The notes beneath the pieces are model-generated. The model was not told the origin of the DNA. It was given only the letters and a program-made list of their open reading frames with translations, and made no database searches. Positions 12,154-21,662 of a DNA stretch of 35,458 bases are shown one piece after another. The position numbers and the translations under genes are program-made. Where the stretch lies: assembly GCA_041686025.1 (NCBI GenBank), contig JAWLEP010000029.1, forward strand, positions 2,776 through 38,233, read 5' to 3'. The first letter of the stretch is position 1; the number at the start of each line of letters is the position of its first letter. Origin of the DNA: Candidatus Fermentibacteraceae bacterium. GTDB taxonomy: Bacteria > Fermentibacterota > Fermentibacteria > Fermentibacterales > JCC-6.

Positions 12154-13695
12154 ATGATCGAAGGCGGAGTCGCCATACTCGACTTCGGGTCCCAGTACAG
12201 CCAGCTCATCGTCCGCAGGCTGCGGGAGATGGACGTCTACTCCGAGCTTCTGCCGGGCAACTGTTCCCTGGAGGAGGTCCTGGCTCTGGCCCCCGCCGCC
12301 GTGATCCTGTCCGGCGGGCCCTCCAGCGTCTACGAGGAGGGCGCTCCCCGGGCCGACGAAAGGCTGTTCGAGACCGACCTGCCCATGCTGGGCATCTGCT
12401 ACGGCATGCAGCTTCTGGCCCTGGCCGACGGGGGCAGCGTGGAGGGCGGGCACACCGGGGAGTACGGCCGCGCCATGGTCGAGCCCCGGGAGGGCTCGGC
12501 GCTGCTGGCGGGAATCGAGGCCGGGCGGCAGGCATGGATGAGCCACGGGGACAGGGTGACGGAGGTCCCGCCCGGCTACGGTGTGGCCGCATCCACGCAG
12601 AGCCTGCCGGTGGCGGCAATGGAGAACGCCTCCCGCCGCCGCTTCGGCGTCCAGTTCCACCCGGAGGTGAACCACACCGTCTTCGGAGAGGCCCTGCTGC
12701 GTCGCTTCCTCTTCGATGTGGCCGGGGCGAAGGCGGACTGGACGATGGAGGCCTACAGGAAGATGGCGGTGGAGCGGATCAGGGAGCAGCTGGCGGACGG
12801 CGGCAACGTGATCCTGGGCCTGTCCGGAGGCGTGGACTCCGCGGTGGTGGCCGCCCTTCTGCACCAGGCCGTTCCCCGCCGCTTCCATCCCATATTCGTG
12901 GACACCGGCCTGCTGCGGCAGGGGGAGAGGGAGTCGGTGGAGGAGACCTTCCACGGGCACTTCGGCATGCGCCTGCACACCGTGGACGCCTCCCGGCACT
13001 TCCTGCGGGAGCTGGCGGGAGTGGAGGACCCCGAGCAGAAGCGAAAGATCATAGGCCGGGTGTTCATCGAGGTGTTCGAGAGGGCCGCCTCGGGCATAGA
13101 GAACGTTACCCACCTGGCGCAGGGCACCCTCTACCCGGACGTGATCGAGAGCGTGTCCTTCCGCGGGCCATCGGAGACCATAAAGAGCCACCACAACGTG
13201 GGCGGCCTTCCGGAGCGGATGAACCTGGAGCTGATCGAGCCGCTGCGGGAGCTGTTCAAGGACGAGGTGCGGGCCCTGGGGCGCGAGCTGGGGCTTCCCC
13301 ACCACATAATAGGCCGCCATCCCTTCCCGGGCCCCGGCCTGGCGGTGCGGATACTGGGGCCGGTGAACCGGACAGACCTCGAGCTGCTGCGGAGCGCCGA
13401 CCGCATCTACATCGACTACCTGCGGGACAACGGCCTCTACGACGAGATCTGGCAGGCCTTCGCCGTCCTGCTGCCGGTGAGGACCGTGGGCGTCATGGGC
13501 GACAGGCGCACCTACGACCGGGTGGTGGCCCTGCGGGCGGTTACCTCCCGCGACGGCATGACGGCCGACTGGTACCGCATGGACCCCGGCCACCTGGCCC
13601 GGATCTCCTCCTCCATTGTGAACAGGGTGGCGGGCATAAGCCGGGTGGTGTACGACATCTCCTCCAAGCCCCCCGGAACCATCGAGTGGGAGTAA
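12154..13695 (+). CDS. guaA: GMP synthase (glutamine-hydrolysing)
   Basis: LDFGSQY, GICYGMQ, QFHPEV, SGGVDS, IKSHHNVGGLP, HPFPGPGLA, SKPPGTIEWE. GGAGG RBS. Confidence 0.98.
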   Translation: MIEGGVAILDFGSQYSQLIVRRLREMDVYSELLPGNCSLEEVLALAPAAVILSGGPSSVYEEGAPRADERLFETDLPMLGICYGMQLLALADGGSVEGGHTGEYGRAMVEPREGSALLAGIEAGRQAWMSHGDRVTEVPPGYGVAASTQSLPVAAMENASRRRFGVQFHPEVNHTVFGEALLRRFLFDVAGAKADWTMEAYRKMAVERIREQLADGGNVILGLSGGVDSAVVAALLHQAVPRRFHPIFVDTGLLRQGERESVEETFHGHFGMRLHTVDASRHFLRELAGVEDPEQKRKIIGRVFIEVFERAASGIENVTHLAQGTLYPDVIESVSFRGPSETIKSHHNVGGLPERMNLELIEPLRELFKDEVRALGRELGLPHHIIGRHPFPGPGLAVRILGPVNRTDLELLRSADRIYIDYLRDNGLYDEIWQAFAVLLPVRTVGVMGDRRTYDRVVALRAVTSRDGMTADWYRMDPGHLARISSSIVNRVAGISRVVYDISSKPPGTIEWE

Positions 13696-13701
13696 CCGGC
13701 C

Positions 13702-15714
13702 CTAGAGCAGCTCCACCAGCAGCGCCCTCAGCTCCTCGAGAGCAAGAGATTTCTGCCTGACGGCGTCGACGGGCTTCTCGCGTCCTACTTCGAAATCCGA
13801 GATGTAACCGGCCAGAAGCGCGATGGGCAGATTCGGATCCAGCTCCCTGAGCCGTCGGGCCAGCTCCAGCCCGGTCATCCCGGGCATCAGCCGGTCCAGT
13901 ATCGCCGCGTCGTACACCCCGGCCTCGAAGGAGGCCAGTGCCTCCTCGGGGGAGGAGAAGGCGCTCACCCGATGGCCGTCGAGCTCCAGCAGCGACTTGA
14001 GCACCTCCAGGCATCCCGGCTCGTCGTCCACCGCCATTATGCGGGCGGACTGGGGTACTCCCGGCTCCTCGCGCCGGGGCGCGGTGGCTCCCTCATGCGC
14101 GGCCAGCGGCAGACTGACCTCCACGGTGGTTCCCGCTCCGGGGGCGGACTCTATGGAGAGCCCCCCGCCGTGCTCCTCGACGATGGACCTGACCATGGCC
14201 AGGCCCATGCCGGTTCCCTTTCCACCCTTGGTGGTGAAGAAGGGCTGCGTGCACTCCTCGCGGACCTTCGGGGTCATGCCGGCGCCGTCGTCCGAGACCC
14301 GGAGCAGCAGCCGCCCGTCCCTCTTACGGGTGACCACCCGGATACTGCCGCTGCCCTCTATGGCGTCGATGGCATTCACCAGGAGGTTCAGCAGCATCTC
14401 CCTCAGCTCGGAGGGGGATCCCCTCAGGTACGCGCCCTCGACCAGATCGGTCTTCAGGTCTATCTCGCGCTCCTCCTCCATCCGGGCGCTGGCCAGCCTG
14501 GGCTCCAGAAGCCGGGCAACGAATCTCACCAGCACGGCGGTGTCCACGAGATCGCCGCACTCGCTGGACTCCCGCGAATGGAACGCCCGCATCCTGGCCA
14601 CCAGCTCGGCGCCGTCCCGGCCCACCTTCCGCATGCTCTCCAGCCTCTCCCGGAGTCTGGACCCGGGCTCGAGGTCCTCCTCCTCCAGGATGAGGTCCAC
14701 ATTCCCGGTTATCACCGAGAGGATGTTGTTCAGGTCGTGGGCCAGGCCGCTGACCATGGTCCCCAGCAGGCGCAGGCTCTCCTGGCGGGCGAGGAGGGAT
14801 CTGGCCTTGCCCAGCTCTGCAAGGGCACGGGTCAGCCTGCGGTTCTTCCCATCCAGCTCCCGCGTGCGCAGGCGCACCTGCCACCTGGTAACCAGGTACA
14901 GCGCCAGGGTCAGGGCCACCAGCGCCGCAGCGGCCCCCAGGGCCCAGGGAATGTATTCGGGAACTCCCTCCTCCCCCCGGCCGTCGAACCACTTTTCGAG
15001 GGCGTTGAAGTACTCTGAGTCCCTGTCGGCCATCATGGCGACCAGCTGGCTGTCCACAGCGTCCAGCAGCTCCCTCTCTCCGGGGGGCGCGGCGAAGTGG
15101 AGCCTGGTGGGATGGAAGACCACGGGAGTCTCCACCAGGCCGAAGGTGTCGGCGTGCTCGACTGCGAAGTATCTGTTGCAGAGCGCGATGTCCGCGTCGC
15201 CAGAACGCACGGTACCGAAAACGTGGTAGAAGGTCGAGCAGGGGACCAGTGTGAAGTCCATTCCCTCCTCGCGGAGCATCGTCTGCAGCAGATCGTGCTG
15301 GATGGACATCTGGAGGACGGCCACGCGCCGGCCCTCCATGTCGGAGGTGGAGCGCACCTCCACTCCCGGCGAGGCGTATGCCATGAACCAGTCGGAAAGT
15401 GCCGGCATCTGGCAGAAGCTGAACCTCTCGGCCCTGCCCGGGGAGTAGGCCACATCCACCATGAGGTCCAACTCCCCCGACTCCAGCCTGTGCAGGCACT
15501 GGCTCCAGGTGCCGGGAACGTACACGATGTCCCATCCCGACCGGCGTCCTATCTCCTCGGTGATGTCGGCGAAGAAGCCGCTGACCGCGCCGTCCTCGTC
15601 TACGCGGATCTTTGGCGGGTTGTTGTAGACACCCACCCGTACGTCCCTGGCGGAGGCGGGAGAGGCCAGCAGAACGGCAAAGGCGGCGAGACAATGGCGA
15701 TAATTCAGGCTCAC
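13702..15714 (-). CDS. Hybrid sensor histidine kinase (periplasmic SBP family 3 sensor, TM, HisKA, HATPase, receiver)
   Basis: Signal peptide, SBP3-like domain, TM helix, H-box AHDLNN, N-box NLLVNAIDA, DDGAGM, FFTTK, GTGMGL, receiver VDDE...ILDRLMP. GTG start at 15714 is inferred. Confidence 0.92.
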   Translation of the reverse strand: MSLNYRHCLAAFAVLLASPASARDVRVGVYNNPPKIRVDEDGAVSGFFADITEEIGRRSGWDIVYVPGTWSQCLHRLESGELDLMVDVAYSPGRAERFSFCQMPALSDWFMAYASPGVEVRSTSDMEGRRVAVLQMSIQHDLLQTMLREEGMDFTLVPCSTFYHVFGTVRSGDADIALCNRYFAVEHADTFGLVETPVVFHPTRLHFAAPPGERELLDAVDSQLVAMMADRDSEYFNALEKWFDGRGEEGVPEYIPWALGAAAALVALTLALYLVTRWQVRLRTRELDGKNRRLTRALAELGKARSLLARQESLRLLGTMVSGLAHDLNNILSVITGNVDLILEEEDLEPGSRLRERLESMRKVGRDGAELVARMRAFHSRESSECGDLVDTAVLVRFVARLLEPRLASARMEEEREIDLKTDLVEGAYLRGSPSELREMLLNLLVNAIDAIEGSGSIRVVTRKRDGRLLLRVSDDGAGMTPKVREECTQPFFTTKGGKGTGMGLAMVRSIVEEHGGGLSIESAPGAGTTVEVSLPLAAHEGATAPRREEPGVPQSARIMAVDDEPGCLEVLKSLLELDGHRVSAFSSPEEALASFEAGVYDAAILDRLMPGMTGLELARRLRELDPNLPIALLAGYISDFEVGREKPVDAVRQKSLALEELRALLVELL

Positions 15715-15796
15715 AACATTTTCCCCCTGTGCTCGGGGCCGCATTCTCAGTCTAGACGGACGAAGGTCCCTGGTCAAGCTTCCGGGCGGGCGGTCT

Positions 15797-15825
15797 TTGA
15801 GATTGCCGGCCGGCGCAATTATATT
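15797..15825 (+). promoter_or_regulatory. sigma70-type promoter
   Basis: TTGAGA(15797-15802)-N17-TATATT(15820-15825), followed by GGAGG and ATG at 15846. Confidence 0.65.
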
Positions 15826-15845
15826 TGCTTCAGGGAGGGAGAGAT

Positions 15846-16655
15846 ATGCCTTACGGCCTGCCCGGCTTCCTGAGGAGGATGGCCGCAAGCGGCATCGGCG
15901 AAGGCGTCAATCAGGATGTCCGTCGCCGAATGGCGCTGGTGAACGCCTTCTGCATCATCATCTTTCTCTTTTCGGCGATCATGGCGGTGCTCAACGTCTT
16001 CGCGGGGGAAACGCGCTACATCCTGCTGGTGGGAGGGCTGGCGGCAATGGCCGCCGCGTCCATCTACCTGAACCACATTACCCGGAACGTGGTTCTGGCC
16101 ACTCTGCTCATACTGCTGGCGGTAAACGCAGCAGCGGTCTATCTCGTGGCAACCGGAGGCCATGGAGGAAGCGGGCATCTATGGCTTTTCTTCATACCCA
16201 CGCTGATTTTGTTCTCCTTCGGCCTGCGGGTGGGCCTGATCTCCATGGGGGCTCTCATCGCGGTCTGCGCCCTGATTCTCTTCTATCCCGGAGATGCCCT
16301 TGCTGTCCACGATTACGCCCTCGGGTTCGGAATACGCTACCTGATCGCCCTGACGGGAGCGACACTGTTCTCGGGGGTGGCCGAGTACTCACGGAAGATC
16401 ACCTACGAAAGGCTGGAGCGGAGGAACGGGCAGCTGGAGAAGGCCCTTGGGGAGATCCGGGAGCTCAGCGGCCTGATACCCATATGCGCATCCTGCAAGA
16501 AGGTCAGGGATGACGAGGGTTACTGGAGCGAGGTCGAGGTCTACATGAGAAGGCACTCCGATATGGACTTCAGCCACAGCCTCTGCCCCGACTGCGCGGC
16601 CAGGCTCTATCCGGAGCACGCCGGCGGGGGCGAAGACGAAGAAAGCGGGGACTGA
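15846..16655 (+). CDS. Multi-pass membrane protein with coiled coil and C-terminal Zn-ribbon (LIPICxxCKK...SHxxCPDC) domain
   Basis: About 6 hydrophobic segments, then LERRNGQLEKAL and LIPICASCKKVRDDEGYW...FSHSLCPDC. Confidence 0.8.
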   Translation: MPYGLPGFLRRMAASGIGEGVNQDVRRRMALVNAFCIIIFLFSAIMAVLNVFAGETRYILLVGGLAAMAAASIYLNHITRNVVLATLLILLAVNAAAVYLVATGGHGGSGHLWLFFIPTLILFSFGLRVGLISMGALIAVCALILFYPGDALAVHDYALGFGIRYLIALTGATLFSGVAEYSRKITYERLERRNGQLEKALGEIRELSGLIPICASCKKVRDDEGYWSEVEVYMRRHSDMDFSHSLCPDCAARLYPEHAGGGEDEESGD

Positions 16656-16657
16656 CC

Positions 16658-17278
16658 ATGTTCAGCTTCAGGGTGGAGTGCAGCATCAAGTGCCCGCGGT
16701 GCGACAGGCCCGTCTTCCTCAACGGCCCGGTGACCGCCACCCGATGCAGGTCGTGCCGAAGCGAGATAGAGATCCCCCGGGAGTACTGGGAGGGGATCCT
16801 GGAGGACGGCATACCCGAGATGAGGGACAGCGAGAAGGGCACCGGAACCGGGTCCACCATATTCGGCACCTTCAACACCAGCCTTACCCTGGCGCGGTTC
16901 GACCCCTACTGCGACAGCTGCAAGACCGACTTCACCGCCCCCTGGAGCCTCACCCCCGGGACGGACTACAAGTGCGGCGAGTGCGGCGAGGTCTACCCTG
17001 TGGACCCGCCCCCCGGCTGGATGTCGGAGAAGCTGGCGACGGTGGCCATGCTGGTCAACGCCGAGCTGGACGCGGACGGGGATGGGGACGCGGAGGAAAC
17101 CGTGTCCGAGCCGGTTGCCCTGGCCTGCCCGCAGTGCGGGGGCTGGCTGCAGGCCGACGGCAGCGACCGTCTGGTGAGCTGCCAGTACTGCGACGTGCAG
17201 GTCTACCTGCCCGACGACCTCTGGTTCAGGCTCCACCCGGTCCGCAGGAAGCGCCGCTGGTTCGTGGTCTGCCGCTAG
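16658..17278 (+). CDS. Hypothetical multi-Zn-ribbon protein
   Basis: Six CxxC motifs (CPRC, CRSC, CDSC, CGEC, CPQC, CQYC). Starts 2 nt after the upstream stop. Confidence 0.75.
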   Translation: MFSFRVECSIKCPRCDRPVFLNGPVTATRCRSCRSEIEIPREYWEGILEDGIPEMRDSEKGTGTGSTIFGTFNTSLTLARFDPYCDSCKTDFTAPWSLTPGTDYKCGECGEVYPVDPPPGWMSEKLATVAMLVNAELDADGDGDAEETVSEPVALACPQCGGWLQADGSDRLVSCQYCDVQVYLPDDLWFRLHPVRRKRRWFVVCR

Positions 17279-17287
17279 GCTGATTCC

Positions 17288-19471
17288 CTAACGGTTCACC
17301 AGTATGCGCCCCGTCCAGTCCGGACGGGAAACCTCTCCGCTCCTCAGCAGCTCCCGCCAGGCCTCGTCGGTGAGCCTGTCGTCCATGGGCCAGGTGAGCT
17401 CCCAGTAGCTGAGGACAGGGCCCACCACCGCCTCCAGGTGCCCGTCGGGGCGGGCCCGGATCAGCAGCATCCTGTCCAGGTTGCCCGATCCCACCTCCAG
17501 GACGCTGCCCAGGTTCTGGTCGGTGTGGACGTCGGCGATCATGCTGGTCTCGGTGCCCTCCCGGGTCTCCATGCCCGGTGCGATCACGGTCTCCAGCCTC
17601 TCTGCGAAGGACTGGAGGAAGAGGTTGTCGGACTCCTCCAGCGGCTGGCCGATGAGCTCCCGCTCGGCTATGGACTGCAGCTGACGCATCATGGCATCGG
17701 CGCTCTCCAGCTGCCTGGACATCTCCTGGTCCATCATGCCGTAGTCCTCCAGACCCCTGCGGGCCATCTGCAGGGCGGCCCTGATCTCCGCGTAGACCCC
17801 GGGGACCGGCTCCACGAAGCCGGCGGAAGGCTCGGGGCCGGGGGGCGCCGCTCCGCAGGTGGGGGTGTAGGTCTGCTTGATGTAGAGGATGGTGTCGTGT
17901 CGGAGCATGGCCCAGGAGGCCAGGAAGTTGGACATCACGTGCGTCTGCCAGGCGGGGGTGCGCATCCACGCGGCGTAGCCCTCTCCCCGGGGGCGGACGT
18001 AGAGCTTCAGGGCGTGCAGCCAGGTGTTGTACAGCGTCCTGTGCCACTGATCCAGCGACATCGAATCGATGGATGCCCGAAGGGCCTCCATGCTGTCGGC
18101 GTAGTGGGCGAACCCGTAGACGCCGTGGGCCCTCTGCATCTGGGCGGCCCTGGCCACCCCGAAGGCGTTGGCCACGTCCAGGCCCGAGGGCATGAGACGC
18201 TGCTCGCCCTCTGAGTTCTCGCCTACGGCGGGGAATACGACCGCAGCCAGTATCCTGCTGTCGAAGGCGTACCTCTGGCCCATGAAGCGGAACCCCGCCG
18301 TCCTGCCCAGCACCTCCACCATCTGCCCGGGGCTGTATCCTCCCGCCGAATCGGGCATTATCACGGCCTCGCCGGTGCCGCCGTATATCCGCGGCCCTCC
18401 GAAGCGCTCCAGCACCTCGGTTCGGAAGGCTTCGTAGAAGGCGTCTTCACGAAGCTCGTCGCCGCCGGCCTCCTGGCCCGCCACCGCCCGGGCCGCCTGC
18501 AGGTACTCGGGGACCGAAAGGTCGTCGGAGAAGCCGGCGAAGAAGGCGGTGACCTCGTATATGCGCCGCCACTTCAGCAGGAGCGTCTCGCCGCCGGCCT
18601 CCATGGCGGCCAGCATGGAGGAGATCCTCACCCCGGCGGCGGTCTGGGCCATGGCCACCTCCCGCGGCACCAGGTAGTCGGCCGCGGGACCGTGGGGCTG
18701 GCCGCCGTTGAGCAGGAAGGTCATTCTGCCCAGCCACATCATCCCCATGAAGTAGCGCCTCAGGCTGTCGCTGGCCGTGTAGTGGCCCCGGGGCACGTAC
18801 TGCGAGTAGTCCTCGCGGTACTCGAACAGGGCGCTCTCCGAGAAGCCCTCGTGGGCCCGTATCATCTCCACCTCGTCGGAGACCGGTCCGGCAACCAGGG
18901 GATCGGCCTCGAAGCCCGGGTCCAGAAGCGAAAGCGCCACGCCGAAGTAGGCGGCGGTCAGGCGGTCCTCCCGCTCCAGGCTCCTCTCGTAGAGGGCGCG
19001 GCAGATCTCGACAAGATCGGGAAGGATGTACCTCTGCTCCACCTGCTGCAGCAGCTGGTCGAAGAACACGTGCAGCATGTGCAGCGGTATGCCGGCGGAG
19101 ACGTACACCGGCTGCCCCGACCCCTCCAGCATGGAGAAGGCGTCCACCGGATCGTCGGTGGGGCGGGGCGAAGGGTATACGGCGAACCCGTTGGCAAGCA
19201 GGCGGGGGTCCGGCTCCTCGGCGCCCACCAGGTGCAGGGCCTCGGGGAGGTTGATCACCTCCTCGGGGTGGACGGGGAGCGTGTAGGAGGGCATGGCCAC
19301 GTCGTGCGACCATTCCACCGGCCTGTAGAACCGCTCTGCGAAGCCCGAGTCCGAAGCCTCCGGCTCGGGAAGCGGATACGTGCCGCCGGCCCCTCCGCCG
19401 GAGCCCGTTGCGCAGGCCATGGAAAAGAGCAGCAGCGATGGAAGCACGATACCGGCAGTTCTGACAATCAT
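17288..19471 (-). CDS. DUF3160-family lipoprotein
   Basis: Lipoprotein-like signal (LLLFSMA-C). Family motifs YSQYVPRGHYT, WAMLRHDTILY, GFVEP, IADVHTD, RLTDEAW. Alternative start at 19486. Confidence 0.85.
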   Translation of the reverse strand: MIVRTAGIVLPSLLLFSMACATGSGGGAGGTYPLPEPEASDSGFAERFYRPVEWSHDVAMPSYTLPVHPEEVINLPEALHLVGAEEPDPRLLANGFAVYPSPRPTDDPVDAFSMLEGSGQPVYVSAGIPLHMLHVFFDQLLQQVEQRYILPDLVEICRALYERSLEREDRLTAAYFGVALSLLDPGFEADPLVAGPVSDEVEMIRAHEGFSESALFEYREDYSQYVPRGHYTASDSLRRYFMGMMWLGRMTFLLNGGQPHGPAADYLVPREVAMAQTAAGVRISSMLAAMEAGGETLLLKWRRIYEVTAFFAGFSDDLSVPEYLQAARAVAGQEAGGDELREDAFYEAFRTEVLERFGGPRIYGGTGEAVIMPDSAGGYSPGQMVEVLGRTAGFRFMGQRYAFDSRILAAVVFPAVGENSEGEQRLMPSGLDVANAFGVARAAQMQRAHGVYGFAHYADSMEALRASIDSMSLDQWHRTLYNTWLHALKLYVRPRGEGYAAWMRTPAWQTHVMSNFLASWAMLRHDTILYIKQTYTPTCGAAPPGPEPSAGFVEPVPGVYAEIRAALQMARRGLEDYGMMDQEMSRQLESADAMMRQLQSIAERELIGQPLEESDNLFLQSFAERLETVIAPGMETREGTETSMIADVHTDQNLGSVLEVGSGNLDRMLLIRARPDGHLEAVVGPVLSYWELTWPMDDRLTDEAWRELLRSGEVSRPDWTGRILVNR

Positions 19472-19550
19472 TCTAACGCCTTTCATCCGTTTCGCCCCGT
19501 CTGTGCTCCGCCGGTGCTACCCGGCGGTGAAGGTAGATATTCCGCAGCCC

Positions 19551-19979
19551 TCAGTAATCGGCGGGGTCGGGCTTTTGCCTGAGCTTCTTCTTCCGGGACC
19601 GCTTCTTCTTCTCCCGCAGCCGCCTCTCCTTCGCCGCCTGCGACGGCCGGGTCCTCTTTCTCCTCTTCGGCCTTCTGGCCGCCCGCCGCAGCAGCTTCAC
19701 CAGCCTGGACATGGCCAGCCTGCGGTTGCGGGACTGGCTGCGATGGGTCCGGCACTCGACCATCAGCCTGCCGTCGGCGCCGATCCTGCCCCCGGCGATC
19801 TCCTCCAGCCTCCTGCGCATGTATTCGGGGAAGCCTGCCCTTTCCAGGTCCAGGAAGAGCTGAACGGCGGTGTCCGAGGTGTTCACCTTCTGGCCTCCGG
19901 GCCCCCCGGACCTGGTGAAGCGGACCTCCACCTCGCCGTCGTCCAGCACGATGCCGTCGGCGATTCTGATGCGGGCCAT
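19551..19979 (-). CDS. arfB: Alternative ribosome rescue peptidyl-tRNA hydrolase ArfB
   Basis: RSGGPGGQKVN, RSQSRNR, basic C-terminal tail (ERRLREKKKRSRKKKLR). Confidence 0.95.
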   Translation of the reverse strand: MARIRIADGIVLDDGEVEVRFTRSGGPGGQKVNTSDTAVQLFLDLERAGFPEYMRRRLEEIAGGRIGADGRLMVECRTHRSQSRNRRLAMSRLVKLLRRAARRPKRRKRTRPSQAAKERRLREKKKRSRKKKLRQKPDPADY

Positions 19980-20065
19980 CTCCACCTCCGCTTAATACGG
20001 GCTTAACAGGTCACAAGGATGATCTCTCTTCCTACATTACCATATCCTACAGGGAAAGGCGGCCC

Positions 20066-20500
20066 ATGAGTAAGACCCGCGTCCTGTTCCTCTGCACCGG
20101 GAACTCCGCCCGCAGCCAGATGGCCGAGGCCTTTCTGCGGAAGCACGGAGGCCGGAGGTACGAGGTTTTCAGCGCCGGATTCCAGCCCCGGGAGATGGAC
20201 CCCCTGGTATCCAGGGTGATGGCGGAGAAGGGCTGCGACCTCTCCGACCAGTACGCCAAGTCGGTGACCAAGTACATGGGAAAGGTGCACTTCGGCTATC
20301 TCATAACCCTCTGCCGGAAGGCCAACGATCTTTGTCCCAGCACTTTCCCCGACATCAGCAATCGTCTTCACTGGGAGTTCCCCGACCCCACGGAGGCCCG
20401 GGGGACCGAGGAGGAAAGGCTGCAGGTGTTCCGGGAGGTCCGCGACGCCGTGGAGGAGAAGATCCTCCACTGGCTGGAGGAAGACCCAGCCAACCGCTGA
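20066..20500 (+). CDS. arsC: Thioredoxin-type arsenate reductase / LMW-PTP family
   Basis: P-loop CTGNSARSQMAE, resolving Cys pair TLCRKANDLCP, HWEFPDP, FREVRD. Confidence 0.85.
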   Translation: MSKTRVLFLCTGNSARSQMAEAFLRKHGGRRYEVFSAGFQPREMDPLVSRVMAEKGCDLSDQYAKSVTKYMGKVHFGYLITLCRKANDLCPSTFPDISNRLHWEFPDPTEARGTEEERLQVFREVRDAVEEKILHWLEEDPANR

Positions 20501-20542
20501 CACCGGCGCCTCCTCCGGCGATATTGACCGGGGAGGTGGGAT

Positions 20543-21655
20543 ATGAAGGTCACCGTTCTCGGGGCCGGACGGGTGGGAGGGGAGATAGCCGCCGACCTGC
20601 TCAGATCCGGCCACAGCGTAACCTGCGCCGACATCTCCGGCCTCAGGCTGTCCACACTGGCAGACGGTGTGGAGGGGTCCCGGGCCGACCTGTCCGAGCC
20701 GCCGGCCGTCAGGAAAGTGACCGAGGGCCGCGACCTGGCGGTCTGCGCCGTACCCGGCCACATGGGGTTCCGGACCCTCAGATGCCTGCTGGAGACCGGC
20801 ATCGACGTGGTGGACATCTCATTCGCCCCGGAGAACCCGCTGGGGCTGGACAACCTGGCCCGCAGAAGCGGCAGCCGGTGCCTGGTGGACATGGGCGTGG
20901 CCCCCGGCTGCAGCAACCTCTTCCTGGGCCACCTGCTGGGCAGGTACGAGTCCCTGCGGTCCTTCAGGTGCCTGGTGGGAGGTCTGCCCCAGGAGCGGGT
21001 GAAGCCCTGGGAGTACAGGGCCCCGTTCTCTCCGGTGGACGTGATCGAGGAGTACACCAGGCTGGCCAGGATAGTCCGGGGGGGCCAGATAGTCAGCCTG
21101 CCCGCCCTCAGCGATCCGGAGCCGGTGGACATCCCGGGAGTGGGCCGTCTGGAGGCCTTCCTCACCGACGGCCTCAGAAGCCTGCTGCGTTTCGCCCCCC
21201 GGGTGCCCAGGATGGAGGAGAAGACCCTCCGCTACCCCGGCCACCGGGACCTGGTGGCGTGTCTCAGGGATTCGGGCTTCTTCGACACGAAGCCGCTTCC
21301 GGCGCCCGGTGGAGGCAGCATCGTGCCCCTGGAGGCCACTACCGCCATACTGCTGCAGGAATGGGACATGGAGCCGGAGGACCGGGACCTGACGGCCATG
21401 GTGCTGGAGGCGGAGACCCGGGAGGGCGAGCGCTTCAGATGGACCATGGTGGACCGCTACGACCCGGAGACCGGGACAACCTCCATGGCCAGGACCACCG
21501 GCTACACCTGCACCGCCGGGGTGGGGCTGATCTCCCGCGGGCTCTGGAGCCGGCCAGGGGTGTCCGCTCCGGAGGACGTGGGCGGAGACCCCGAATGCTT
21601 CCGGGCGGTTGTGGAGCACCTGGAGAGCCGCGGGGTGGTGTTCGGGGAGGGCTGA
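20543..21655 (+). CDS. Saccharopine dehydrogenase / lysine 6-dehydrogenase family protein
   Basis: Rossmann VLGAGRVG, DMGVAPG, VGGLP, EEYTR, LEAFLTDGLRSL, EKTLRYPGH, SMARTTGY. Confidence 0.88.
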   Translation: MKVTVLGAGRVGGEIAADLLRSGHSVTCADISGLRLSTLADGVEGSRADLSEPPAVRKVTEGRDLAVCAVPGHMGFRTLRCLLETGIDVVDISFAPENPLGLDNLARRSGSRCLVDMGVAPGCSNLFLGHLLGRYESLRSFRCLVGGLPQERVKPWEYRAPFSPVDVIEEYTRLARIVRGGQIVSLPALSDPEPVDIPGVGRLEAFLTDGLRSLLRFAPRVPRMEEKTLRYPGHRDLVACLRDSGFFDTKPLPAPGGGSIVPLEATTAILLQEWDMEPEDRDLTAMVLEAETREGERFRWTMVDRYDPETGTTSMARTTGYTCTAGVGLISRGLWSRPGVSAPEDVGGDPECFRAVVEHLESRGVVFGEG

Positions 21656-21662
21656 GCCGGGG

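Noticed and set aside
13660..13720. Mobile element integrated at the guaA 3' end, a known hotspot
   Set aside because: No integrase gene or duplicated att sequence was seen; the next gene converges 6 nt away.
20066..20500. Arsenic resistance operon
   Set aside because: Only a lone arsC-like gene; no arsR, acr3/arsB or arsA nearby.
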